From contig CM052817.1 of assembly GCA_028534125.1 (NCBI GenBank), positions 67,706,001 through 67,770,000 of the forward strand: a stretch of 64,000 nucleotides of DNA. Direction: 5' to 3'. This DNA comes from Lama glama. Taxonomy: Eukaryota. Shown piece by piece: positions 23,591-37,059 of this stretch. The position numbers and the translations under genes were made by a program. How positions within the stretch are numbered: position 1 is the stretch's first letter; every line of letters starts with the position of its first letter. The notes below the pieces were generated by a model that was not told the DNA's origin, did not search any database, and saw nothing but the letters and a program-made list of their open reading frames with translations.

Positions 23591-24265
23591 GCTAGGTTAG
23601 AGGCAAAGTGAGAACAAGAGAGGGTGGTGAGCTGACAATAAAAAGGTGGTAGAATGATAGAATCGTAGATTCCAGTGAGGCAAAGGAGTTGTGGGGACCC
23701 AGTGAGTCATGATACCAGAGGAGGAACCTGAAATGGAAGGAGGTGGTAAGCAGAGAGTTAGAAAGCTTGACCTTGACATGGTAGAATTAATTGAAGTTAT
23801 TTGTCATGACAAGGTATGATTTAAGGACATAAGAGACAGGGGCTCAGTGGAACAGTGAATAGAGGGCAGGAAACAAACCTGGGGACACCTTTGACTTAAC
23901 AGCTTTTACAGATCAAGCAAGTACCTGCCACAGAGTGGACACTGGATAGATAGATGGGCAATCAACTGACTGACTTCCCCTCAACGTTTATCTGCTATCT
24001 TGACATCTCTCCTGAGGATGGAGACCCTCTTGTCAAATAGCTTTTCCCTCTCCAATGTCCTGTGTGTGCCCAGTGTCACCACACTAAAAGTCAAATCATA
24101 ATCCCTTAGTTTTGAGCACCCCTCCCTCTCTTATGCTCTCTGGTTAGCTAAGTGTATCCATTTCTCTCTACCAGAAATCTGGGAGCTGTCCTTGACTCCC
24201 CCTCTTTCTCAATGTCTACATCTTACCAGTTACAAGGTTCAAAAATGTTCTTAGAATTGTCTTTA

Positions 24266-26171
24266 AATCAGTTGCATTTCTTTACACTAACGACGAATTA
24301 ACAGAAGAAGTAAAGAAACAATCCCCTTTAATATAGCACCCAAAGTAATAAAATATCTAGGAATAAATCTAACCAAGGAACTGAAAGACTTATACATGGA
24401 AAACTATAAACCATTGATGAAGGAAATTAAAGAAGACTTAAAAAAATGGAAAGATATCCCATGCTCCTGGATTGGAAGAATCAATATTGTTAAAATGGTC
24501 ACACTGCCCTAGGCAATCTACAGATTTAATGCAATCCCTATCAAATTACCCAGGACATATTTCACAGAACTAGAACAAACAATAATAAAATTTATGTGGA
24601 ACAACCAATGACCTAGAATTGCCAAAGCATTACTGAAGAAAAAGAATGAGGCTGGAGCAATAACTCTCCCAGACTTCAGACAATAATACAGAGCTACAGT
24701 AATCAAGACAGCATGGTGTTGGTACAAAAACAGACATATGGACCAATGGGACAGAATAGAGAGCCCAGAAGTGAACCCACAAACTTTTGGTCAACTAATC
24801 TTCGACAAAGGAGGCAAGAATATACAGTGGAATAAAGACAGTCTCTTCAGCAAATGGTGTTGGGAAAACTGGAAACCAGCATGTAAAGCAATGAAGCTAG
24901 GACACTCCTTTATACCATACACAAAAATAAACTCAAAATGGATCAAAGACTTAAACATAAGACAAGATACAATAAACCTCCTAGAAGAAAATATAGGCAA
25001 AACATTATCTGACATACATCTCAAAAATGTTCTCCTAGGGCAGTCTACACAAGCAATAGAAATAAAAGCAAGAATAAACAAATGCGACCTAATTAAACTT
25101 ACAAGCTTTTGCACAGCAAAGGAAACCATAAGTAAAACAAAACAACAACCTATGGAATGGCAGAAAATTTTGCCAACGATGAAACCAACAAAGACTTTAT
25201 CTCCAGAATATATAAGCAGCTCATATGACATAAGAAGAAAAAAACAAACAACCCAATCCAAAAATGGGCAGAAGACCTAAGCAAGCAATTCTCCAAGGAA
25301 AGAATACAAATGATCAATAGGCACATGAAAAAATGCTCCATATCACTAATTATCAGAGAAATGCAAATCAAAACTACAATGAGGTATCACCTCACACCAG
25401 CCAGAATGGCCATCATTCAAAAGTCCACAAATGACAAATGCTAGAGAGGCTGTGGAGAAAAGGGAACCCTCCTGCACTGCTGGTGGGAGTGCAGTTTGGT
25501 GCAGCCACTGTGGAAAACAGTATGGAGATTCCTCAAAAGACTAGGAATAGACTTAACATAGGACCCAGGAATCCCTCTCCTGGGCATATATCCAGAAGGA
25601 ACCCTACTTCAAANNNNNNNNNNNNNNNNNNNNNNNNNNNNNNNNNNNNNNNNNNNNNNNNNNNNNNNNNNNNNNNNNNNNNNNNNNNNNNNNNNNNNNN
25701 NNNNNNNNNNNNNNNNNNNNNNNNNNNNNNNNNNNNNNNNNNNNNNNNNNNNNNNNNNNNNNNNNNNNNNNNNNNNNNNNNNNNNNNNNNNNNNNNNNNN
25801 NNNNNNNNNNNNNNNNNNNNNNNNNNNNNNNNNNNNNNNNNNNNNNNNNNNNNNNNNNNNNNNNNNNNNNNNNNNNNNNNNNNNNNNNNNNNNNNNNNNN
25901 NNNNNNNNNNNNNNNNNNNNNNNNNNNNNNNNNNNNNNNNNNNNNNNNNNNNNNNNNNNNNNNNNNNNNNNNNNNNNNNNNNNNNNNNNNNNNNNNNNNN
26001 NNNNNNNNNNNNNNNNNNNNNNNNNNNNNNNNNNNNNNNNNNNNNNNNNNNNNNNNNNNNNNNNNNNNNNNNNNNNNNNNNNNNNNNNNNNNNNNNNNNN
26101 NNNNNNNNNNNNNCTGGAATTTGACACAACATTGTAAATTGACTATAACTCAATAAAAAATGTTAAAAAAA
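24266..26171 (+). mobile_element. Young 5'-truncated L1 (ORF2 C-terminal part + 3' UTR) spanning the assembly gap; 13-bp TSD
   Basis: ORF2 peptides ([56 protein letters not shown]) with stops and frameshifts. Poly(A) ends at 26171. TSD agaattgtcttta at 24253-24265 and 26172-26184. Confidence 0.95.
25614..26113. other. Assembly gap (500 N)
   Basis: Run of N. Confidence 1.
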
Positions 26172-26184
26172 AGAATTGTCTTTA

Positions 26185-26435
26185 TTTTTTTGAAGTATAG
26201 TCAGTAAGTATACACTATGCTGTATACCAGTTAATTTCTGGTATACAGCATAGTGATTTAGTCATACTATATATATAAAAATATATTTGTTTTCATATTC
26301 TCTTTCATTATAGGTTACTACAAGGCATTGGATGTAGTTCCCTGTACTATTCAGTAGGGCCATGCTGTTTAACTATTTTATACATAGTATTTAGTATCTG
26401 CAAATCCTGAACTCCCAATTTATCCCTCCACCCCC
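26185..26435 (-). mobile_element. Older L1 3' UTR fragment, antisense
   Basis: ttttttgaagtatagtcag...tagttccctgtactattcagtagg...aactcccaatttatccctcc; flanked by tagaatt(g/a)tcttt. Confidence 0.8.
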
Positions 26436-27074
26436 TAGAATTATCTTTTTTGTTTCTTCTCTTCCTCCAGTAACTTGGTGGGACATACCTCATTTCTTCT
26501 GAGGACTTTTGTAATCATCTTTAAGTTATCTCCCTATATGGAAATCCTCTTAAAACTTTTTTAAATTAAAATTTTCTCAAATCTCAAAAGTAACATGTTA
26601 GCCCCGATCTGTGAACCTAGGGAAAGCTGTACAAAGTACCACCTCTTCCTCACGCCAAGACACTGAATAAACTGGTACCCGTCTTTTACATGGTCAACAA
26701 CATACAACATACATAGTCATTTATAAGATTACTTTTACTGGTGTTTTTACAAAATGGGATAGACGCAGATGTCCTGTATGCTCATTTAGAGGTTCCTAAA
26801 GCCAGACTCTAACACACTGATATAGCTCAGTAATTTATGGGTTATGTCTCAGTGATTTGTTACTTTTGCTTATCAGAGTAGTTATCGCTTATTATAATCA
26901 CATACTTCATTGCTTGTTAGATTCTTAGCACTGTGAGGATAGAGTAGCCATGACTATCGTGTTCACTGTTTACTCCTAATACCTAGAGCAAGGTCTGGTG
27001 TCGGAAGTGTTTTAAATGAGCACTTGGGTAGTTAAATAGCAATAGCATATAAGGTGTCACTAAAACAAGAGCTG

Positions 27075-27290
27075 AAATTTATTGAGACCACACTAGGGAC
27101 CTGTGCTCCGAGGCCGGGCTAGGTGCTTACCTGCATTATCTGTTTTACTACTCCAAACCTAGGAAGTCAGCACTATTACTACTCCCATTTTACAGATGAG
27201 GGAATTGAAGCTTAGAGAAATTGTCATTTAGCTACTGACAGTGGGTAAAAAATTTGGGACTTTAATTACGGTCTGATTCCATGCTATTAG
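27075..27290 (-). mobile_element. MIR SINE
   Basis: atttattgag...ctattactactcccattttacagatgagggaattgaagcttagaga. Confidence 0.75.
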
Positions 27291-28087
27291 TAACTGTGGA
27301 GCTAACAAACGAATTACCTTTTTAAAAATGTGAGTGTCTTTCAAAATTTTCCTAAAATACACATTGTCGCTCACTTGCATTTTATTAGAGCTTCTTTAAC
27401 AGGGAATTTTAATTGATCAAGGAGTGGTCACAGAGAGCAGTCAGCATTTCTCATTCCTGCAGCCTCTCCATTCCCTTGTGTGGTCCACAGAGAGCAACCC
27501 TGACTGATAAATTCTTCATGGTCAGGATTGTCAATTACATGAATTATTTCTTTTTCGAGACAGGATTTTTAATAATTGGATAATTGTTTTAATCTGGTCA
27601 ACAGTTGAAGCAACTAGGGTTAATATTTTTGCTGCAGTAAACCCTGTTTTCATTCTATTATGTATATTTTCATTCTAAAATGTATTTTCCATATGGTTTA
27701 TTTCTATTAAGTGTATTTTGCTCGAAGGTTGAAACAGCTCTGACAGGGTGTCCAAAGTTTTCTTAAATATTACCCAAAGACCCCCTTTTGTTTCCTATAT
27801 GAACTAACATGGAAAATATTTTGTTTTCTTGGCCATTTGGAGTAAGAGGTAGAGTTTTGTATCCTGGCAGCATTGCTTGTGAACAGTAAATGGTCCCTGA
27901 ACTGCTGTTTAGAGAAACAGGGTATGCAGAGCTGTGCAATGCTGGACTAAAGACATTTCTTTCTTTGCAGATTGGTTTAGAAGAAAGATGAAAAATGAGG
28001 AATTTGATCAGGAGATTAAGAATTTTGAAAATAGAGATTAAGCAGAAATGGTATTGTTTTTCTATGTGATGTGTAATATAAATCCCC

Positions 28088-28625
28088 TGTGCAGAAATGA
28101 GTTAACACAGCAGACCTGATTTCTATTCCTTGAGAGTCCTGCTTACAAGGTTGACCCTTGGTTGGTATCTGGGAGGTTAGATTTCAGGGAAGCAGGGGGA
28201 ACTGTTCCCAGAACTGATAAAAGTGGCTCATTGTACCTCAGCTGTTCAGACAATGTGGTTCTTCCTGAACACCTGCTTTCTCTCTGGGTGTTTGGAATTT
28301 GGGTGTCAGGCAGAGGGTGCCTCCAATAAAAACCCCTGGCACTAAGCTTTTATCAAGCTTCCTGGTTGGCAACAGCTACCAAGGAGGGGTCACAACTCAT
28401 GTCAGGGGAATTCAGCACATCCTGTGTTACTCCACTGGAAGAGGACCCTTTGGAACTTATACCCAGTTTTCCCCGGACTTCATCCCATGGGCCTTTTCCC
28501 TTTGCCAATTGAGCGTGGTAGCCTTTTTCTGTAATAATCTTAGCTGAGTATGACACTATACTGAGTCTTACAAATTTTCCAAGCAAACCACCAAACCTGG
28601 GGGTGATCTTGGGAGACTTTCAACA
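28088..28625 (+). mobile_element. MER21-like solo LTR
   Basis: Starts tgtgcagaaatgagttaacacagcagacctga, internal ccaataaaaacccctgg, ends aacctgggggtgatcttgggagactttcaaca. Confidence 0.75.
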
Positions 28626-29112
28626 AAGCATCTTACTCACTATTACTAAAAGTCTTAAGCTTATCACACATCTTTTTTTTTTCAGTGGATCTATCTATCT
28701 TTTTTGGTTTTGGTAATCTCTTATTTTTCCTAACCACCATCCCCTCTATCTCCACACTTTCAATACACTATCAAAAATTTTCTGGGTATTTGTATAGGCT
28801 TTCCTTTCTAAGAAATTATAGGAACATTTTTCTATTTCCTCAAAATATCACAGAGGGACTTCAATTTAAAAATTTGTTAAATCCCTTGATAGTCTGAATG
28901 AGCTCTGTTGATTTTTAGTGTTTCTCTTAGAGGCTATTTTAGGTTGAGTGGTCAGAGAAGGTCACCCTTTTCTTCCTCCCTTCCCCCCATTTCTTTTCCC
29001 CTGGAAGTATTACTAGACATCTATTGAGTTTTCACTGTGCACCCAAGTATTTTTTAAACATTGGGAATATAATAATGAATAAAGTGGACCCCCTATTAAG
29101 AAGCTTGTGGTC

Positions 29113-29340
29113 CAGCGCCATGGTTCTCACCCAAGGTTGATTTTGTCTCCCAGGGGACATTTGGCTTGTCTGGAGACATTTTTTGATTGTCACCACTGGG
29201 ACAGTGCTACTGACATCAAGTGAGTAGAAGCCAGTGAAGTTGCTAAATAAACATCCTACAGTATAAATGGAACAGCTCTTCTGACCCCAACAAAGAATTA
29301 TACCGTCCAAAATAATAGTACCAAGGTAGAGATGCCCTGA
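29113..29340 (+). mobile_element. MER20 hAT-Charlie element
   Basis: tggttctca...gattttgtctcccaggggacatttggcttgtctggagacattttttgattgtcac...aaagaattat...aaggtagagatgccctg. Confidence 0.85.
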
Positions 29341-29439
29341 CCTAGTGGGAGAAACAGGCATATAAACAGATAATTTTAGTAGAATGTGAAAGCTGCTTGT
29401 TGGCTTCCTCTCTTGCAGGGATCTTGTGCTCTGTCCTAC

Positions 29440-30150
29440 CTTAGGCACTCACTCCCACTGCTTGGGCCCCGACCTACCACCTTTTCATTTTCACCCCCTC
29501 ACAACTTTGCACTTCCCACAATACAGCTGACTTTGATGGTTTCACTTTAAATTCATGATCACTGACCATCCAGTGAGCCTGGATGCTGCCATCACATTTC
29601 TTCAGTGCCTTCTTTCTTTCACTCAACAATTTCATACCTCATCCTCTCTCTTAACATTTTCTGTTCCTTCTTTCCCTTCAAGTTGCTTGGGCTGTTTCCA
29701 ATGTCACAGAAAAAATAAAAACCATCAGAACTTCAAGCTCTCATTGCCACAGTTACCTACATACAGGCACCTGGCCCCAAGTCCTCTGTCTTCTTGCCAT
29801 TATGAAGGGTGAACACCACTGGTCAACCAGTTCTAACCCCTCTCATTTGCTCAAGGACATCGCTCTAGGAACTCCATCCCATTTCCCTGCATCATCATTC
29901 TTCCCCTCTCTACTGACTTTTGCCAACATAAAACTATGCTGTTATTTTCCCCATCTTAAAAAACCTTCCTCTCCTGCCCTCTCTTTTTCCTCCATCACTG
30001 CTCCATTTCTCACCTTCCCTTCCAAAAAAACTCACTGAAATAGTTCTGTGTATTTGCTGCTTTGAATTTTCGCCCTTCTATTCTTTTCTGAACCAGTTCA
30101 GGTTTCTACCAGCACTATTCTTCCCAGTCTGTTCTTGTCATCCTCATACC
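29440..30150 (+). mobile_element. L2 LINE remnant
   Basis: Pyrimidine-rich L2 ORF2-like sequence (ccctctcatttgctcaaggacatcgctc; ttttccccatcttaaaaaac). Confidence 0.6.
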
Positions 30151-33100
30151 ATCTTGCAGTGGTAAGTCATCATCTCGTAAGTCAGATGGAGGAGGGGAGC
30201 TCAGGGGCCTCCTTGACATCCAGGAGTGTGCTCAACCAGATCCCACTGTTCCTGTTTCTTTCATGGACAGCACAGTCCCTCTCAACTCTGATTTGTGACT
30301 TCATGTTTACCTCCTCATGCTAATTAGTGGATTTAAGCTCAATTCCATTGAAAAATAGTCCAATTGGTCAATTCATATTTTCAGGCCAGGCTTCATCATA
30401 TATTACCGGCTGGGTATAGACTGGCTGATTTGGTGCAGGTATGCATTGGCCAGATCTGTGCAAAAACAGCCCATTGTTGCTTCTCTGAGTTGACAGCTAA
30501 GGGATAGGCAGCTTTACCAAAGAAGGAACACTGGGCACTGAAGACAGTATGATGAAGCCAGTGTAGTGGCACTCAGTACATTTCAAATCTCCTCCTTCTC
30601 TAATGGCATTAATCACATACTTCTTTGTAATATAGTTATCCTTGTATACTGCATGTGGCATTCTCTAGATTTAAATGCCTGCATTCAAGGACTGTCTTAG
30701 TTATCTCCTTATCTCTCTGCCAGTTGACTCAGTGTCCTCAGCTTGATAAAGCCACAGTAGGGTAGTATGGGTAGTATAAAAGGAACATTTACACTTAGGG
30801 CTTTGGACTTGAAGATTGTTTTCCCAGTTCTTACCAGGCTTTGTTCAGTCCTCATGACCAACTGTCTCTTCTACTGGTACTTCTTCCTAGCTCTATGCTA
30901 GACTGTAAACTCTGAGTGGGAAATACAGTGACTCTCTTGTATTTCCTGCTCTATTCCCGGAACCCTGCTCCATAGCCTAGCTGATCGTAGATGACTGGCA
31001 AATTTTAACCAAATGAATAGCAACTAAGCATTGGCCCCAGACCAGTCCTTTTGGCTCCATTTTTACAGCTCCCTGGCTAGCCGTGGAGATCCGCCTTCTG
31101 CAATATCTTTGTCTATTCATTATACTCTTTCCCTTCTCTTATTCCCTACCTTCTCCCCACGTCTGTGGGAAGCCTGACAAGGTACAGTGCATTGAATAAT
31201 GTAGACATGCAATACATCTGTAGCAAACAAATTATCTTCCTGAGAGTGTAACCTACTGCCTCATGGGCCACTACTATGAACATGGCTATCTGCTTTTCTT
31301 CTGCCCACCACTACCACATGCAACAGGAAAAGAATAAGACCATTTAATAATAAAGTGTTACTCCTAATAAAGACAAGAGCTATATTACAGCTAAGTTATG
31401 TATCTTTTAAAGGCAAATTTTAGAATGGTTCTACATTCAACTACTTAGCGTTCAGGGAAGGGTTTGGAGTTTTCATGGTCTCCAATCATTTTTTTCTTTT
31501 ATTTTTTAATACCATATTTTGGACATTTCACAGATCATTAGAGTACCTACTAGAGGAGAAGAAATATAAATAGAGAAGGAACTAAAATTAAAATGTATTG
31601 ACTGAGTTGTGTGCCCATAATTCTGATAGTTTAAAAAAAATGGGGAGGTAAAAACTGGTAGAAGGAGGTAGGAGGCTAAAATCCTCCTTAGAGGAACCTA
31701 ATCCTTAGAGTATGAGAGTGACTATGAAATTCCTGGAGATTCTTATTTTCCATTAGAATGCACTCTGGGAAACCAGCTATGGTATTCTCTATATGATAGG
31801 TCAGTTTTTCTGGCAAAGAGGACCATATACTCTCAGTGTGAAGCATTTCACATGTGGGAGAGGATCTGGACTGGAGGGAAACTGTGATAGAAATGAGCGA
31901 GAAGAGTGAATTACACACATGTTTGAGTTGAAGCTGCTCCTGGCAAGCTGTAAATTATGAGACAGTCATTTATAAGAAAGTCCATAATTGCTAGAGGAAT
32001 TTCTGTGTTAATCATCAGGTGACAGATTCAATAAAATAAAAAAATAAAAATATCAGTGCCAATTTATGTAGGGTTCTCTCTCCTTTCCCAAGTCAATTAT
32101 TGGCTATTCTCTGTTGATGATTGAGGAATGATAGCCCCTTAATTAGCTATTTTTCCTTGAAGAAAATCACATTGCTTTGATTTAAGCACACCCATACCAG
32201 CTATCCAGGAGGTCTGCAGCTTCAAAATACATTTCAAAGACTCCCAAAGCCAGTCCCTGTGGTTGAAATAAAATGACAATATAAAACATAGTTTTAGCTC
32301 CTATTTGAGAAGATTAAATTCTGTGTTAATATAAAACATCTTTTCTTTTGCTCTACAGTTACTATATTAGACTGAAAATTCATACTAAAAAAAAATCGAT
32401 AAAGATTAATTGTATTTGTACAAAGTATGGACTTGCCTGAATCATACTGATGTGAAGAATGACAAATACCACCCTGATGGAAAGAATAACTATAAATTTT
32501 AAAATACAAATCAGTTGTTAGGCATATTAATTTTTTCTTCCTCCTAGTTCAGTGAACTATTTTGTGTGTCTTATTTTCTGTGACTTGAACAAAAATTTTA
32601 ATTTATAAAATAAAATGTTTTCTTTTAGTGGGGAGGGAGTTGGTTATTAAATACTCTCTCAAATAAGCAGAACAGGCCACTATAAGTCATAGTTGTCTGA
32701 GATGATTTTTTTAATAGTTACACAGCAAAAGTAAGGAAGCCTAAGTTTGTTTGTTTGTTTTTCTGTTTGCTAGCTATTTCAGCTACATTACCTGAGTTAG
32801 CTATCAGCTTTTCAGCAATTTTATGGGTCCTCCTTCCTTATTCTGAAACTTTTCATTTTCTTGAGTTCTAATTTTAATTTCCATGTGTCTCCCCAATCTA
32901 TTTTAATTCTGTTTTTACCCATTCAAACGAGTAAAGTCATCGTAATAAGCACTATGAGGAACTGCAAAGTTGATTTAAAAAACATCTTTCCCCCAGTGAG
33001 TTTACATTCTAATAGGAATAAATCATGGCTACTTAAATAACTGGGAAACAAGACAGGCAGAGCTACTTGGGGAAGAGTGGTATACACAAAGGGTTATGAG

Positions 33101-33859
33101 AATCCAGAAAACGGAAACAATGAATCCTGGATAGAGAGACTAAAATACGTCTCACAGAGGAAAGTGTGCTTGTGCTGAGTCTTTATGGACAGGTATTGTT
33201 TGTTTATATTGGGGTAGGAAAATGGACAGACACAACTACGTGAGATGACCAGACTGAGTTAACTGATAGCAATTTATATTTCTTCTCTCTCTTTAAAACT
33301 TGGTGATCTCATATTCCTTTGGGGAAACATGGCGTAGCTTATTCTGTAGTGAGGTTGATACCCAGCAGTCCCTTTATGCAATGGTCCACGCAGAAATGGA
33401 CAATCAGGAACTGTTACTCACAGTGTTGCTGACACAAAATATATATCTGCATCTTGACTAAGTCATTAAATGGAAATAAAATGATATGCCAGTAAATAGC
33501 CTGTACAACATAACCTTCTTTCTAAAAACAGAAAGCACCATGTACTTTATTCATGATAGGAATTGTAAAATGAGATTTTATTCTTTTCTTTGTTTTTTTA
33601 ATCATAGAAATATCTTTTAATTTTTACACTTAGCCTTCTGATTAGCATGTAATAGTTGCTAAAGACTGTAGTGTTGGAAAATTAAGGAAGAAATAATGCA
33701 CACAAGATAGGAGAGATGTTTTTAATAATTTTTAAATGACTAATGGTTTCTGTCAGCTTGACTAACTATAGCTCTGTATATAGTCCTATGGATTTTAAAC
33801 CCAGTTTTTGAGTCTCCATTATTTACTAAGATGGCAGTGATGTAGATGAGAATATTTCT

Positions 33860-34430
33860 ATAATTCTTCCTAATGATGATATGAAACCCAGAAGCTCTAA
33901 AGAAAAAAATATTCTCACATTTGACTTCATAAAACCAGAATATTTTTATATGAAGGGACACTATAAACAAAGGTCAAAGACACTACACACTGGAGAAGAT
34001 ATTTTCAGGGCTTATGGTAAAAGGTAAATACCACTTCGCATAGAAAGTATTTGCAAATCAATTTCTTTTTTAAACAACATAACTGCTGTTAAGCATATGA
34101 AACTATTCCTGACCTCACTATCAATTTTACTTATAAGCTAGGCAAGATTTAAAAGAATATTAATAGTCTTGGTGAAATTAGCATGATCATGGAATATTTA
34201 TACTTTTGGGAAGTATAAATTGCTGTAACATTTCAACAAAACATTTAGTAGTATTTCTCAAAAGTTCACAATCGCTTTGACCCAGGAATTCTGCTTCTAT
34301 GAATTTATCCTACAGTAATATATAAACATAAATGAAACATACAAGTATGATCACCTTAACAGTGATTGTCGTAGCAAAAAAAAAAAACCTATAATTTGTC
34401 CATAGGAACTGATTACATAAATTACTATAA
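33860..34430 (+). mobile_element. Old L1 (L1ME-type) 3' remnant
   Basis: gtataaattgctgtaacattt...ctttgacccaggaattctgcttctatgaatttatcctacag. Confidence 0.6.
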
Positions 34431-34456
34431 ATTTTTACAAGTGTGTTTCCATTTTG

Positions 34457-34587
34457 CTTTTTTTTTAAGATACAAATTTTACTTACAAACCAGAAATAGA
34501 CTCATGGACATAGAAAACAAACTGTGCTTACCAGGGGAGAGAAAGCGGAGGGAGAGATAGATTAGGAGTTTGGGATTAATATATGCA
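34457..34587. mobile_element. Short L1 3' UTR insert with inverted structure and TSD
   Basis: T-run (34458-34466) followed by a sense L1 3' UTR piece (acaaaccagaaatagactcatggacatagaaaacaaac...ggagtttgggattaa); flanked by tgt(t/a)tccattttg at 34444-34456 and 34588-34600. Confidence 0.65.
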
Positions 34588-36129
34588 TGTATCCATTTTG
34601 TAATCTCAAGAAAAACTTTAAGTATGGTTAGGTAAGAGAGGCAAAGAAGATAAAAACTGTTTAAAATGTTAACTTTACCATATATTACAAAAATGTGTGA
34701 AGTAAAAGATGAAAACATTGCTCATCCCACAAGGACACTCCCACTGTCAGAATTTGCCACTGTTAGCAAGTAGGTATCCTTTCAGAATATCTGTGTATAC
34801 TTTAAAGCCATGGCCAACTCTGCTTTTACTAAACCAAGATGCATTAAACGTTAGCTTTTAAATCCCATAATAAGATACAAAGTAAACAGCACCCCAAAAA
34901 ATTACACTTCCCTACTCTACAGTTTCCAACAAAACTGAAATCACAGAGGCATTGTACAGCCCAGAACAAGAAGGGAACCCAGTAACTGGAGGGGGTAAAA
35001 ATCTTTCACTTTCAGAATTTATGTTCTGCAACATATGAATGTATGTTGCCTTCTGTATACAGGAACCTCTTTGCTTTGATCATTATCTTCTATTAAATTT
35101 TTTGAGACATCCTGTTGCTTTCAGTTATACCATCACTACCTCATTATCTGTAACTCCTTGATCCTACGCACATTTACCTCTTTAGTCATTTGCTTCTGTC
35201 CAATTGCTGCCTTTCATTCACTTCTGCTTTCACCCATCCCTTTGGCAATGCAGTAGCAACATGCACAATCAAGATACTGACCCTTCAATTTGTTGAAAGA
35301 TACTGCAAATTTCTAACATGCCTACAAATGAAGTAATTTTTTGTATTGCTTTCCAATAACACATGAAGGGATGAGATAGAATGGGAATACCATGACAAAT
35401 AAACCTAGGACCCTGGAAGATAAAAGAGATTTATGTGTTGGTTCTTAATAATTGGAAGTCTAAAAAGTCTAGTCTGCTGTTGAGACATTATACTTGTGAT
35501 TGTGCAGAAAGAACGTAGGAGGTGCTGTGAAGAGAGATGTTTCTTCAGCCCTCTAAAATATGAAATTTACTAAGAGAAACACCATAGTCTTAACTGATTT
35601 CTTTACCTCTTGGATCATTCTCATCCACACTTTAATTTTAGAAAAATCTTTCTAACAGCATTCCAATCTTTTCTCCAAGTTCTAAACCCCGTAGTGTGGC
35701 ATCCATCCACATGATTAGTCTTCCCTCCCTCCTGCCATTCTGCCGCCAGGTATCTATCCCATTGTCTTAGTGACTTTTCAATATTCCCTGATACAGTTCT
35801 CTTCAAGCCCAGGCTCTCCCTTCTGTCTAGAGTTCCTTCCCCCACTCCTCTGCGTGACTCCTTTCCTCTGCCAGATGTCTCTCCTCAGTTCCAGAGTCTC
35901 CACTTTGTGCCTGACCCCCTGAGCAAGCATAGGGACTTCTTTCTCTACTCCTCTTGTCCTCACACATACCTCCATCACAGTCCCTATATATCATTATACA
36001 TACTCTTGTAAATTCCTTGTGTAGTATATCCAGCTCTTCATTATATTGTGCTTTTCTGCAATCAGAAACCATATCTTTTTATCTCTATGTCCTCAGCGTC
36101 TAGAATAGGTACCTGTTATTTAAAAGATT

Positions 36130-36640
36130 CCTGTATCAATGAGATTTCTTTTTTGTAAGCCACTAAAACCAACTGTGGCTAAGTTAGTCAGAAAAGAAAT
36201 GCATTAATGAAATATGGGTCGATTACAGAATTAAGGAGAAGGCTGGATGGAGAAATAGGCTTAGAAAATTGGCAGGAACCAATGGATACAGGGCAGCAAA
36301 ACCAAGACTAAAGCTAAACCACACGAATAGTCCAGTTACCTTGTCTATGCTATTGGACGTCACTGTTGTGAACATGTGGTGCTGCCCCCACTGGACTCTC
36401 AATACTATTAAATGATTTCTACTTCCTGTTTCACTACCTCCACTTTCGAAATTCTGGGTGCAAGCATCCAGATATCTGAGCCTAGTTCATGAACCTATAC
36501 CTCAATTTATTGGTAGTAGTGATAGGGAGGTAAAGAGAAGTAGACTTTACATTCCACAAATCTATACGATGGACAATTCCTCCAAACAGGAAGGACAATT
36601 ACACACTGTGTAGTCAAAAAAAAAAAAACAAACTACAGAT
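36130..36640. mobile_element. MLT1-type LTR remnant
   Basis: tgtatcaatgagatttcttttttgtaagccactaaaaccaactgtggctaag...tctgagcctagttcatgaacctatacc. Confidence 0.5.
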
Positions 36641-37059
36641 GCCCACAAGAGTACATATTATCATGATGTCACTATGAACTGCAGCAATGAACAGAATACA
36701 TTTAAGATGTATTTAATGATTTTGAATCCATCTTTAAGGATAATGGGATGATTTTTATTCCCTCTGCTAATTGCAGACCATATAAGAGAACAAATAAAAT
36801 TTCATCAGGCGATTTCTTCAGGCAGCTTTTTAAAATAACCTGGACTGTCAAAAGACTTTCTAAGAAGTGAGAAAGCAAATAAAAATCTAATCAATGTGAT
36901 AGGTAAAGACTATTAACCCAACTCAACTATTGATTATGCCAAAGAGATCACAATTATTGCCTATAAGAAAAATGACCATGTCCTTCATAGGAATAAACAT
37001 TATCTACTTAAATGTCTACTATTTTTTATACAAAGTATCTGATATACATTTAAAAAGTT

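Noticed and set aside
24738..25280. Functional L1 ORF2 / RT gene (also 48819-49277)
   Set aside because: Truncated fragments with stops and frameshifts; recorded as mobile-element relics.
25438..26153. Long ORFs of 172-228 aa
   Set aside because: Artefacts of translating the N gap.
27960..28055. Acceptor/donor-bounded purine-rich segment resembling an exon
   Set aside because: The frames I translated hit stop codons and I found no supporting neighbours; at most a non-coding exon.
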